DNA from: Promethearchaeota archaeon
GTDB taxonomy: Archaea; Asgardarchaeota; Lokiarchaeia; Sigyniarchaeales; SOKP01
Reading direction: 5' to 3'
Assembly: GCA_019894715.1 (NCBI GenBank)
Contig: JAGXOA010000204.1
Span: 51,179 to 115,178, forward strand
Length of the DNA stretch: 64,000 bases
The position numbers were made by a program, and so were the translations under genes. Positions 18,591 through 27,605 of the stretch are shown one piece after another; within the stretch, counting starts at the first letter, position 1; the number at the start of each line of letters is the position of its first letter. Below the pieces are notes generated by a model. It had not been told where the DNA came from and searched no databases. It worked only from the letters and a program-made list of their open reading frames with translations.

Positions 18591-19814
18591 GTGTTTCAAT
18601 TGTTTGAAATTATAGAGCCTATAATATATTATAGATCGTCTGAGCATATGAAAGAAATTGCAGATAATTCAATACAATTAATTATAACTTCCCCTCCTTA
18701 TGGAAATATAAAAGATTACGGTATCAAGGAACAAATAGGATTTTCTCAAAACTTTAAGCAGTATTTTACACGACTTAACCTGGTATGGAATGAATGTTTT
18801 AGAATATTAGAACCTAAATGTCGTATGGTTATTAATATAGGAGATCAATATTTGAGAGCATCGGAACATGGACGTTACAGGATAATTTCAATAGCTAGTA
18901 AAATAATAGAAGATTGCACTAAAATGGGATTTGATTTTTTAGGAGATATAATTTGGCAAAAAATAAGTACAACTAATACTACAGGGGGATGTTCTCTTAT
19001 GGGATCAATATACTATCCAAGAAATGGATTATTAACTTTTGATTATGAACATATTTTAATTTTTAAAAAATATGAAGGAAAACCTAAAAAAGTCGAAAGA
19101 GATCGAAAGGAATTTTCAAAAATATCTCTTAGCGAATGGAAGAAATGGTATGTTGGACATTGGAAATTTCCTGGTGAAGTACAAAAAGAACATATGGCTA
19201 TGTTTCCTGAAGAATTACCATATAGAATCATTCGAATGTTTTCATTTATTGGAGATAAAGTTTTAGATCCTTTTACAGGTTCAGGAACTACTTTAAAAGT
19301 TGCAAAATCTTTATTTAGAAAAGGAATTGGATATGAGATAAACAAAGAGTTTAAAAAAACTATAATAGATAAAATAAACGAAGCTAAGACAGGATTTTTT
19401 AAAGATTATCAATATTTCTTGTATGTACTGTATAAGCAATCAACAGAAGAAGATTTCTCTATTAAATTTCAAGATCAAAAAAGAAAAGGTATTGTTATTA
19501 TAGAAAATAATGAAAATAAAAAAATCATATTAGATTATCTCCTTGTTTCCAATGGCAAAAATACCTCTCTTGAAAGAGAAATCTTAATAAAATTAGAGGA
19601 AAATACGGTACTTAATTATTTGATTAGAGAAGATGATGAATTCGTAAATACAAAATTCATAATTATTATAAAACACTCAAATAAAGAGATTAAAGAAATT
19701 GAAAAAATTTTAAAGGAAATTGCTCAAAGATATAATACTAAAAATAAATTTGATATAATACAATTTAATGATATTATGAAAAAGGATTTTCAATTTTCAA
19801 GATTATTTTCATAA
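18591..19814 (+). CDS. DNA methyltransferase, beta-class N4/N6 (SPPY type, probably N4-cytosine) with ~150-aa uncharacterised C-terminal extension
   Basis: Motif IV IITSPPYGN lies near the N-terminus and motif I VLDPFTGSGTTLKVA lies later, which is the beta-class order. No neighbouring endonuclease was recognised. Confidence 0.8.
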   Translation: MFQLFEIIEPIIYYRSSEHMKEIADNSIQLIITSPPYGNIKDYGIKEQIGFSQNFKQYFTRLNLVWNECFRILEPKCRMVINIGDQYLRASEHGRYRIISIASKIIEDCTKMGFDFLGDIIWQKISTTNTTGGCSLMGSIYYPRNGLLTFDYEHILIFKKYEGKPKKVERDRKEFSKISLSEWKKWYVGHWKFPGEVQKEHMAMFPEELPYRIIRMFSFIGDKVLDPFTGSGTTLKVAKSLFRKGIGYEINKEFKKTIIDKINEAKTGFFKDYQYFLYVLYKQSTEEDFSIKFQDQKRKGIVIIENNENKKIILDYLLVSNGKNTSLEREILIKLEENTVLNYLIREDDEFVNTKFIIIIKHSNKEIKEIEKILKEIAQRYNTKNKFDIIQFNDIMKKDFQFSRLFS

Positions 19815-19849
19815 GAATCATCAAAAAAAAGTTAGATAATATCTCTGAA

Positions 19850-20467
19850 TTATTTCTCAATTAAGATAACTCTTGCAGGAGCACCGTCACTTTTAAGTTT
19901 TAGAGGTAATCCAACAAATATATATTCACCAGAATTGATATTAGACAAATCAAGACCTTCAAATAGAGTCATATTATTAATAACAATCTCATGGACATCA
20001 TCATCATCTCCAAACTTTTTAACACTAAGATAATCCACTCCAAGAGTCTTAATCCCTTTATTAACAAGATATTTAGCAGCGTCAAATTTTATGTGAATAA
20101 AATCTTTTCGAAATTCTTTATACCCTCTCATTGAATTTTTAGTTTTTATGATAATTATATCATTTTCCAATATAAGAAACTTTTCTAGGTCTTTTTTATG
20201 TATTTCTAATTCGATATGAGTCAAATCAAGAACTTTGCATTTACCATAAAAACTCTCTAATGATAATTTATCTGCATAGGATCCATCATTTCTAATATGA
20301 CGAGGAGAATCTACATGTGTACCAGTATGGCACCCAAATTTAATCCAAGATTCATTTACAGAATTATTAGGGATAGAAGAGTATTGGAAAATTGAAACGT
20401 TTTCGTTTCCAGGATAGACAATTGTATCTTTATTTATCTTAAGAGAAATATCGTGAATTTTAACCAT
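19850..20467 (-). CDS. Cyclase-family protein / kynurenine formamidase-like
   Basis: 205 aa. GCHTGTHVDSPRH is the HxGTHxDxPxH signature of the putative cyclase (arylformamidase) family. Confidence 0.75.
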   Translation of the reverse strand: MVKIHDISLKINKDTIVYPGNENVSIFQYSSIPNNSVNESWIKFGCHTGTHVDSPRHIRNDGSYADKLSLESFYGKCKVLDLTHIELEIHKKDLEKFLILENDIIIIKTKNSMRGYKEFRKDFIHIKFDAAKYLVNKGIKTLGVDYLSVKKFGDDDDVHEIVINNMTLFEGLDLSNINSGEYIFVGLPLKLKSDGAPARVILIEK

Positions 20468-20623
20468 AAATTATCCTTTATATTTTTATTATCTCTAAAA
20501 ATAAATATGAATCAATATGATAAAAATATTAGGATAAAGACTTCGTAAATTATATACCCGCACAAGGTTATTCATCAAATAACTTTCTAATATAGATTTT
20601 TTATTTGAATCATTATAATATAA

Positions 20624-21493
20624 TTATTTACGACAATCTTTAGCTCTCAAGTAGTTTAATTTCTGTAAAGTTTCTTCTGGTGTATTTCTTTGCTTAGATT
20701 TTATGTTTCTATTCACTTGTCTAAGAAATTTTATCGCTTTTTTCTTTCCATAAATGATATTTTGAATTAGTTCTTCTTTATTATTTCCTCCAGAAATAGT
20801 AAGTGCCGTTTGAAAGCTTTGAGAGGGTTGTAAAGTTCTAAATTCTATTTGAAGAGCAGATAAGATTTCTCCAGGAGTATTGATTAGGCTATTAGATAAT
20901 TTCTTTTTTGTTTCATTAATAGTAAATTCATGAGTTAGACAAGTTTCATAGTGAGTTGATTTTGATATTAGAGAGAATCCTGCATGTAAGCCAGTAGGAT
21001 CATATTGAAATATTATATCAGAGGAATTATCATAGTCAGATAAATCATTATCATAGCCATCTAAGCCGTTAATATCAAAATCAAACACAAAATATATATT
21101 AAAATCATAGAAATTGTATTTTGAATAGTTTTTAAAAGTAAAATATGTATTGATATATGGTAAATTTGGCTCGTAGAAGATATCTATATATAATCTAATG
21201 AACTGATCTTTTTCTATTATTGGTATTGTAGAATTAATTTTATTTTCTTTAGTATTGCGTTTTAAATATTCATAGAGATTAAAATCTAGTGTTATTCTAT
21301 CGATAGTTTTTCCTTTTCTACTATTAATTAACTTATATATTGGTGTAGGTTCTATATTTTTAAGTACAACATGGATTGGTTTAAAATGATCCTCATTTAT
21401 TGTAAAACTTATCCATGGTCCTGCATATTCTTGTCTTGTAGAATATAAGATTGGTTTATTATTATATGTTAATTCTTTTACAGAAAATCCCAT
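20624..21493 (-). CDS. Hypothetical protein (beta-rich, unknown family)
   Basis: 289-aa intact ORF downstream of the Roadblock-GTPase gene on the same strand. No motif recognised. Confidence 0.5.
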   Translation of the reverse strand: MGFSVKELTYNNKPILYSTRQEYAGPWISFTINEDHFKPIHVVLKNIEPTPIYKLINSRKGKTIDRITLDFNLYEYLKRNTKENKINSTIPIIEKDQFIRLYIDIFYEPNLPYINTYFTFKNYSKYNFYDFNIYFVFDFDINGLDGYDNDLSDYDNSSDIIFQYDPTGLHAGFSLISKSTHYETCLTHEFTINETKKKLSNSLINTPGEILSALQIEFRTLQPSQSFQTALTISGGNNKEELIQNIIYGKKKAIKFLRQVNRNIKSKQRNTPEETLQKLNYLRAKDCRK

Positions 21494-21664
21494 TAAATAT
21501 CCAGATGAATTTCAGAGAGCTAATATGTTATTGAATTTTACATTGAGGGTATTTATGTTAATCACCTATAATTAATTTTTTAAAAATGACCTCTTATCAA
21601 TTATTTTTATATAATTTATAGTAAAAATTTTAAAAATAAATGTATTGGGGTAAAAGAAGGTTTT

Positions 21665-22624
21665 TTATTTTCTTCCTAATACTTTACTTGCCATATATGC
21701 AAATGCATCATGTACGTTTTCTCCAGTCCTTGCAGAAGTAAGAATATAATTATATCCAAATTTGTTAGAGATTTCCTTTATATCTTCTTCTGTAACGACA
21801 ATTTTATCTGTTAAATCGCTTTTATTTCCAACTATCATCATGGGTATATTATCTTCTATAGAATCTAAAATATCATCATGCCATTTTTCTACATTTAATA
21901 ATGTCCTCTCTCTAGTCCGATCTATCACAATTATCGCACAGTGAGCACCATTATAAAAATTCTTTCTGTAATTACAGAAATCTGCCTGACCAGCAACATC
22001 CCAAATAATAAAATTCACTATTGTTTTATCAGAGAACTTGTATGTATGTTTAGTTATATCTACTCCAATTGTAGCGGTATAACTTTCTTTGAATTTCTTT
22101 TTAACAAACCGTCTTATTAATGAAGATTTTCCTACTTGAAAATCGCCTATAAGGACTAATTTTGTTGAAAATTCACCTTCTGGGAATTTTCCACTACGAG
22201 TTTGAGAAAGTACTTTGATAATTTCAGGTATCTCTAAGCTAACATTTTCTTTTCTTTCTAATATTAATTCTATTTTAACAGCAATATGTTCAGAATAAAC
22301 CTTTAATTTAACATCTGGGGTTTCTGGCTGAACTAAAGTAGTCAATATTGAATTTTGGCCTTGTGAGCAAAATACAAATTTTTTATCTCCTGTTGTAGTA
22401 ATATTAAAAAATCCACTTTCAGTATCAAATTCTCTCTTTATTCTTTCAATATAGCTATCTATCATTGAAGATATTGCACCCATAACCGCATCAGAATCTA
22501 CGTCAGGCTCTTCTTTATGTTCTGAGGCGATAATTAAGCCATTTTTATCAACAATAGCAACAGCAATTATTCCTTCTACATGATCAATATAATTTTTTAA
22601 TAGTACATTTAAAGCATTTTCCAT
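21665..22624 (-). CDS. Fusion: N-terminal Roadblock/LC7 (MglB-like) domain + C-terminal Rab/Ras-like small GTPase
   Basis: N-terminus: HVEGIIAVAIVDKNGLIIASEH...DAVMGAISSMIDS...ILTTLV (Robl/LC7 pattern). C-terminus: G1 GDFQVGKSSL, G2 T in YTATIGVD, G3 WDVAGQ, G4 GNKSDL, G5 TSARTG. Confidence 0.8.
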   Translation of the reverse strand: MENALNVLLKNYIDHVEGIIAVAIVDKNGLIIASEHKEEPDVDSDAVMGAISSMIDSYIERIKREFDTESGFFNITTTGDKKFVFCSQGQNSILTTLVQPETPDVKLKVYSEHIAVKIELILERKENVSLEIPEIIKVLSQTRSGKFPEGEFSTKLVLIGDFQVGKSSLIRRFVKKKFKESYTATIGVDITKHTYKFSDKTIVNFIIWDVAGQADFCNYRKNFYNGAHCAIIVIDRTRERTLLNVEKWHDDILDSIEDNIPMMIVGNKSDLTDKIVVTEEDIKEISNKFGYNYILTSARTGENVHDAFAYMASKVLGRK

Positions 22625-22735
22625 ATTTCTCAGAAATTCTCATTCTTTTAATCTCTTAAAATAATAATTTTATTTATTTAATTTAAATATGTCCAATAAA
22701 ACAATGTTAATATTATATTATGAAAAATAGGTTCT

Positions 22736-23656
22736 TTATGCATTTTTTATTGAGATCTTATAGATCTCTTGTGTTATTTTTTTATATATTTTCTCTAATA
22801 CAATGGCAAATTCTTTGGGATTTTCTAAATTATCAGGTAAACCTAAATTCTCTAATGTCTCTATGTATTTTCCAGGTTTTCTAAAATGAAAAGTTATTTT
22901 ATCTTGATTTTCAATAAAATTCTTCTTATTTTTAAATTCTTGGATAGATATTTTAGGAACATTAAAGGAATAAAAATCTTCAACAATTTTCTCTTTTTCT
23001 AATTTTAAAGCTATACTTTTTTCAGAAATATCATGATACTTTCCAATCTTTAGGTCTTTAAGTAATTCTTTTTTCTTTTTCCCTCTAATTTTTAACAATA
23101 TTAATGGATCATAATCTAATACCTTAGATATATAAAGTATTGTCGCTGCAATATGTTTACAAGGAATTGCTTCATCAGGACAAGAACAAGAAGCATTTAA
23201 AACTTCAGATACTTCTGGAAATAATGAATGATTATTTTTTTCGAAAATTTCAATAATTCCTTCTGTTAGTTTTCCTTGTAATAATATCATTAAATTTAAT
23301 AAATTACTTCCAAGTTCTATTATAATTTTTTGCCAATCATCTTGAGGAATTATATTAAATGATACTTTAACTCTGTATGGTGTTGGTGCTGTTCCTTGAA
23401 CTAATGCAAATATCTGTCCTTTCTTTATGATAAGATTATTGATTCTCTCTTCTTCTTTTGCATACTGAATTCCACGTCTCATTCTATAAGGGCGACCAAT
23501 TTTTAGAATAGAGTAAATCCAATTTTTCCCCCAGGAAGTCTTAGCATAATTAATAAGATCTTTTTTAATTTGATTTATTTCCGCTTGTTTTTCTTTTTTG
23601 TCTGTGGTAAACTCTTTATTCTTAGAGTTTTTATTATAGTTTTTTAAGTCTCGCAT
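22736..23656 (-). CDS. SWIM zinc-finger protein (SNF2-helicase-associated)
   Basis: 306 aa. CSCPDEAIPCKHIAATILYI is the CxCx(n)CxH SWIM motif. It lies immediately downstream of the SNF2 helicase on the same strand. Confidence 0.75.
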   Translation of the reverse strand: MRDLKNYNKNSKNKEFTTDKKEKQAEINQIKKDLINYAKTSWGKNWIYSILKIGRPYRMRRGIQYAKEEERINNLIIKKGQIFALVQGTAPTPYRVKVSFNIIPQDDWQKIIIELGSNLLNLMILLQGKLTEGIIEIFEKNNHSLFPEVSEVLNASCSCPDEAIPCKHIAATILYISKVLDYDPLILLKIRGKKKKELLKDLKIGKYHDISEKSIALKLEKEKIVEDFYSFNVPKISIQEFKNKKNFIENQDKITFHFRKPGKYIETLENLGLPDNLENPKEFAIVLEKIYKKITQEIYKISIKNA

Positions 23657-23680
23657 ATTTCTATTTTCACATATATTTTT

Positions 23681-26600
23681 TTATAAATTCAAAGATATCA
23701 ATTCTTTTATTTTATCATTATCTAATTGGGAGAGCCATGATTCTCCACTTGTAATAATTGAATTTGCTAATTCTTTTTTCTCTTCTATAAGTTCATCAAT
23801 CTTTTCTTCTATAGTTCCAATAGTAATAAATTTATAGACATTGACATTTTTTGTTTGGCCAATTCTATAAGCTCTATCTGTTGCTTGTTTCTCTACTGCA
23901 GGATTCCACCATCTATCATAATGAAATATAGTTGTGGCTTTTGTAAGATTTAATCCTGTTCCACCTGCCTTAAGAGAAAGAATTAATATAGGAGAACTAT
24001 TAACATCATCAGATTGAAATTCTTCTATTATTTTCTTTCTATTTTCAGCAGAAATACTTCCATGAAAATAAAGAATAGGAAATTGATATTTGAAAGTAAG
24101 GATCTGTTCTAGTAAATCCCCCATCTGAGTGAATTGAGTAAAAATTATACTTTTTTCATTATTATTGATGACATTATCTAACTTTTCTAATAACCTTTCT
24201 AATTTATGAGATTGAGAAATAATTTCTTCAAATTCCTTTTTGGAAAGATTTGTTTTAAGAGATTTTTTTAAATATTGGTATGGATGATTACAAATTTGTT
24301 TAAATTTGGTTAATAATCCTAATATAAATATATTTTTATTCTTTTTATTTGAAGCATTATCATTAATTTGAGCAAGAGCTTCTTTGACTATGCTTTTATA
24401 TAAAAATAATTGAATTTTGCTCAGGTCTGTATAAATTTTCATCTCGTTTTTTTCAGGGAGATCTTGTATAATAGATTTATCTATTTTTAATCTTCTTAAA
24501 ATAAAAGGGGCAATAATTTTTTTTAATTTTGAAATAGCATTTTTATCAGAATATCTTTCGATTGGAATAATTATATCTTCTTGAAATTCTTTTCTATCAC
24601 CTAATAATCCAGGATTTAAAAATTCAAAAAGAGTCCACAGCTCAATAAGACGATTTTCTATTGGAGTACCACTTAAGCATACTTTATATTGGCTTTGTAA
24701 TTGATAAATAGCTTTAGTCTGTTGAGTACTATAATTTTTCATATTTTGAGATTCATCTACAATTATTCCGGTAAAGGGGATCGTTTTTAATAGATTGATA
24801 TCATTCCTTATCGTTGCAAAGGAAGTTAATATTATACTATGAGGAAATAAGTTTTTAGTAAATTCTAATATATTTTTTACTCGATTAGTACCATGATGAA
24901 GTATAACATCCAGATTTGGTGCAAATTTGTTTAATTCATGTTTCCAATTATATAATACTGAAGTAGGACAAATAATCAATGTACTACCAAAATCTTTAGG
25001 GTAGTTTTCTTTGAAATATAATAGCAATGCAATTATTTGTATTGTTTTCCCTAAACCCATATCATCTGCTAAACATAATCCAAAATTTAATTCACTCATA
25101 TTAACTAGCCAAGTTAGACCATCTTTTTGATAAGATCTTAGTTTTCCTTGGAAAGATTTAGGAGGATTTATTTTAGTGAAATTTTTTAAAGATTTAATTC
25201 TATTGACTATTTCATCAAATTGACCTTCAATTAGGACATCATAATTAGTTCCTCCTTCTTCTAATTGTGCTTCTCCAGATAAACCCAATTTAAGAGCATC
25301 CACATAATTAATATTACCCTCTAATTCATTAAACCCTCCAGAAGAGTTAGAAGGATTAAGAATCTTTTTTAAGTTATTGATATCTTGTTGTTCTACTAAG
25401 ATCCAATCTCCTTTCCAATTAATTAATGGCTGGTTTGAATCAATAATATCCTTTATCTCATCTTTTTCTAAAGTATCATTCCCAAGTTCAATCTGCCATT
25501 TATAATTTAAAATGTCATCAATTTGAAATATAGGATTTAAAACATTGGAATTACTTATTTTCTCTTTTTCTTTCTGTGTGGTAATAATAATTTTAGTAGA
25601 TAATTTTTGTCTACCACCTATATTAAAAACATCTGGTAAAATTATGTGATATCCACTTTGAATCAATAACTCTTTTGGAAAACTAAGAAAATTCATTACT
25701 TCATTAGAATTAACTAAAATATCCTCAGGAAATGAATTATTAAGTGCTTTCTTTATTGGAGGATATATTACTGTTGCCAGATAGAGACTTTTTAAAATAG
25801 ATTCAATAAGTTCTTCTTTATTTTGGATTCGGTCTAAAACTTTAGATGCTATTTTTTTACCAATCCAAAAATCTTTTAATGAAATTAAATCCATTGTATC
25901 TTCTGTAGAAATATAAAACTTTAAAACCCAATCTTCCTTGTTTTTTTGAGGATATTCTAATTTTATTGTGAGCCTTATTCCATATTTAGCTGTTGATATT
26001 TGAATAGAGTTAGTCCAGTTATTTATGAGTTTAGGAATAATTGACTCGTGTAATTTTACAATATTGAATGAATTTTGCCTTTTAATTAAAGATTTTAAGA
26101 ATTTATAGTCCCAACTTAAATTTGATTCTCTATTTTTTTCTTTTATTATATCTAGATTGTAAAACTCCTCAAATGTTTGAAATTTTATAGATTTTAATAT
26201 ATATCTGATGAGTAAATCTCCAACATTTTTAAAATAATGAGAAAAAATATAAGAATTATGCCATAATTCATCTGTATATTGATTTTCTCTGTTTTTGCTT
26301 GGTTTTTTTAAATTTTTAAAACTTGCAGGTAAATTAAATGCTTGCCATGAACTATTACTCAATATATAATTAAATCTTTCATTATCAAGCTCTGATTTAA
26401 GAATTATTTGCCATTTGCTTCTAAATTTATCATCTCCTTCCTTTTCAAAATGAGGAATAAAATTACCTCTATTTAAAATCTCAAAGACTAATTTAGTTAA
26501 TAATGCCCATGTTTTAACAGAATCAGTAAAATGGACAAATAATTTGTTTCTATTATTACCTTCAAATATCTCTAATTTATTTAGGTATCTTGCTGCAGGT

Positions 26601-26890
26601 ATTAAGGGTAAAACTTTTGCTGTAATCTCTCGAATTTCGAAAAAATCTCCAACTAAAAATGCTAAATTTATTTTACATGATACCAGAGTATCAATAGGAA
26701 TTTCAGGAAAAGATTGAGAAATTTCCATTGCTAAATTCCCTTCTAATGAGGAATTGTTTATCCATAAGATAAAAAAGCTTGATTTCTTAGGGATGTTTAT
26801 TTTCTTTGAAAGAATGGTGAATTTACTTGCCTCACTATTCCAATATTCTGAAGGAATATACGTTAGTTGTAAATCTGGCTTTAATTTCAT
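23681..26890 (-). CDS. SNF2-family helicase/translocase
   Basis: 1069 aa. Motifs LADDMGLGKTIQ (I), DESQNMKN (II), LSGTPIENR, LKAGGTGLNLT and QATDRAYRIGQ (VI), plus a long N-terminal SNF2-associated region. Confidence 0.9.
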   Translation of the reverse strand: MKLKPDLQLTYIPSEYWNSEASKFTILSKKINIPKKSSFFILWINNSSLEGNLAMEISQSFPEIPIDTLVSCKINLAFLVGDFFEIREITAKVLPLIPAARYLNKLEIFEGNNRNKLFVHFTDSVKTWALLTKLVFEILNRGNFIPHFEKEGDDKFRSKWQIILKSELDNERFNYILSNSSWQAFNLPASFKNLKKPSKNRENQYTDELWHNSYIFSHYFKNVGDLLIRYILKSIKFQTFEEFYNLDIIKEKNRESNLSWDYKFLKSLIKRQNSFNIVKLHESIIPKLINNWTNSIQISTAKYGIRLTIKLEYPQKNKEDWVLKFYISTEDTMDLISLKDFWIGKKIASKVLDRIQNKEELIESILKSLYLATVIYPPIKKALNNSFPEDILVNSNEVMNFLSFPKELLIQSGYHIILPDVFNIGGRQKLSTKIIITTQKEKEKISNSNVLNPIFQIDDILNYKWQIELGNDTLEKDEIKDIIDSNQPLINWKGDWILVEQQDINNLKKILNPSNSSGGFNELEGNINYVDALKLGLSGEAQLEEGGTNYDVLIEGQFDEIVNRIKSLKNFTKINPPKSFQGKLRSYQKDGLTWLVNMSELNFGLCLADDMGLGKTIQIIALLLYFKENYPKDFGSTLIICPTSVLYNWKHELNKFAPNLDVILHHGTNRVKNILEFTKNLFPHSIILTSFATIRNDINLLKTIPFTGIIVDESQNMKNYSTQQTKAIYQLQSQYKVCLSGTPIENRLIELWTLFEFLNPGLLGDRKEFQEDIIIPIERYSDKNAISKLKKIIAPFILRRLKIDKSIIQDLPEKNEMKIYTDLSKIQLFLYKSIVKEALAQINDNASNKKNKNIFILGLLTKFKQICNHPYQYLKKSLKTNLSKKEFEEIISQSHKLERLLEKLDNVINNNEKSIIFTQFTQMGDLLEQILTFKYQFPILYFHGSISAENRKKIIEEFQSDDVNSSPILILSLKAGGTGLNLTKATTIFHYDRWWNPAVEKQATDRAYRIGQTKNVNVYKFITIGTIEEKIDELIEEKKELANSIITSGESWLSQLDNDKIKELISLNL

Positions 26891-26961
26891 CTAAATATAG
26901 GACTCCATAAAATTATGTACTCTAGTTATTAGATTTTATAGATTTAAAAAAATTTTCGAAT

Positions 26962-27534
26962 CTATAATTGACCTTTTGTAGAGGGTATTTCATCAGAAAC
27001 AATCATTTTAGCTTGATGAATTGCTTTTGCTAATGCTTTAAAGCCAGCTTCTATCTTATGATGTTGATCTTGACCATAAATAATATGAAGATGCAAATTC
27101 ATTTTAGCATTTTCTGCGAAAGAATTAAAAAAATGCAATATGTCTTCTATTGCAATATCCTCAATATTACATTCTATTAATTTTAAATCTAAGATTAATG
27201 ATTTTCGTCCACAAAAGTCAATAACACAACGCGCTAACGATTCATCCATTGGAATTAAAGCGGATCCGTATCGATTAATCCCTTTTTTACTACCTAAAGC
27301 TTTAAATATACATTGTCCAAGCGAGATTCCAATGTCTTCTACTATATGGTGAGTTAGATCACCAGAAGCTTTTATTTCTAAATCTATTCCAGAGTGTTTT
27401 GATAAAAGGATAAGCATATGATCCAAGAACTTTACACCTGTATCAATATCATTCTTTCCTGAACCATCTAAATTTAATTTTATAATAATATTTGTTTCTG
27501 ATGTTTTTCTTTTTATTTCGGCAGTTCTATCCAA
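26962..27534 (-). CDS. hisB: Imidazoleglycerol-phosphate dehydratase
   Basis: 190 aa. RKTSETNI, DTGVKFLDHML, HHIVEDIGISLGQ, DESLARCVIDFCGR and HHKIEAGFKALAKA are IGPD motifs. TTG start. Confidence 0.9.
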   Translation of the reverse strand: MDRTAEIKRKTSETNIIIKLNLDGSGKNDIDTGVKFLDHMLILLSKHSGIDLEIKASGDLTHHIVEDIGISLGQCIFKALGSKKGINRYGSALIPMDESLARCVIDFCGRKSLILDLKLIECNIEDIAIEDILHFFNSFAENAKMNLHLHIIYGQDQHHKIEAGFKALAKAIHQAKMIVSDEIPSTKGQL

Positions 27535-27605
27535 TTTTTAATCACTTGTTAAGATCTTCTTATTAGAAATAGTATAATTAATTCTAGTTAAAGCTTTATT
27601 TTAAA

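Noticed and set aside
26962-27534. hisB standing alone, away from other his genes, considered as evidence of an inserted island.
   Set aside because: Dispersed his genes are common in archaea. I saw no compositional break or flanking repeats.
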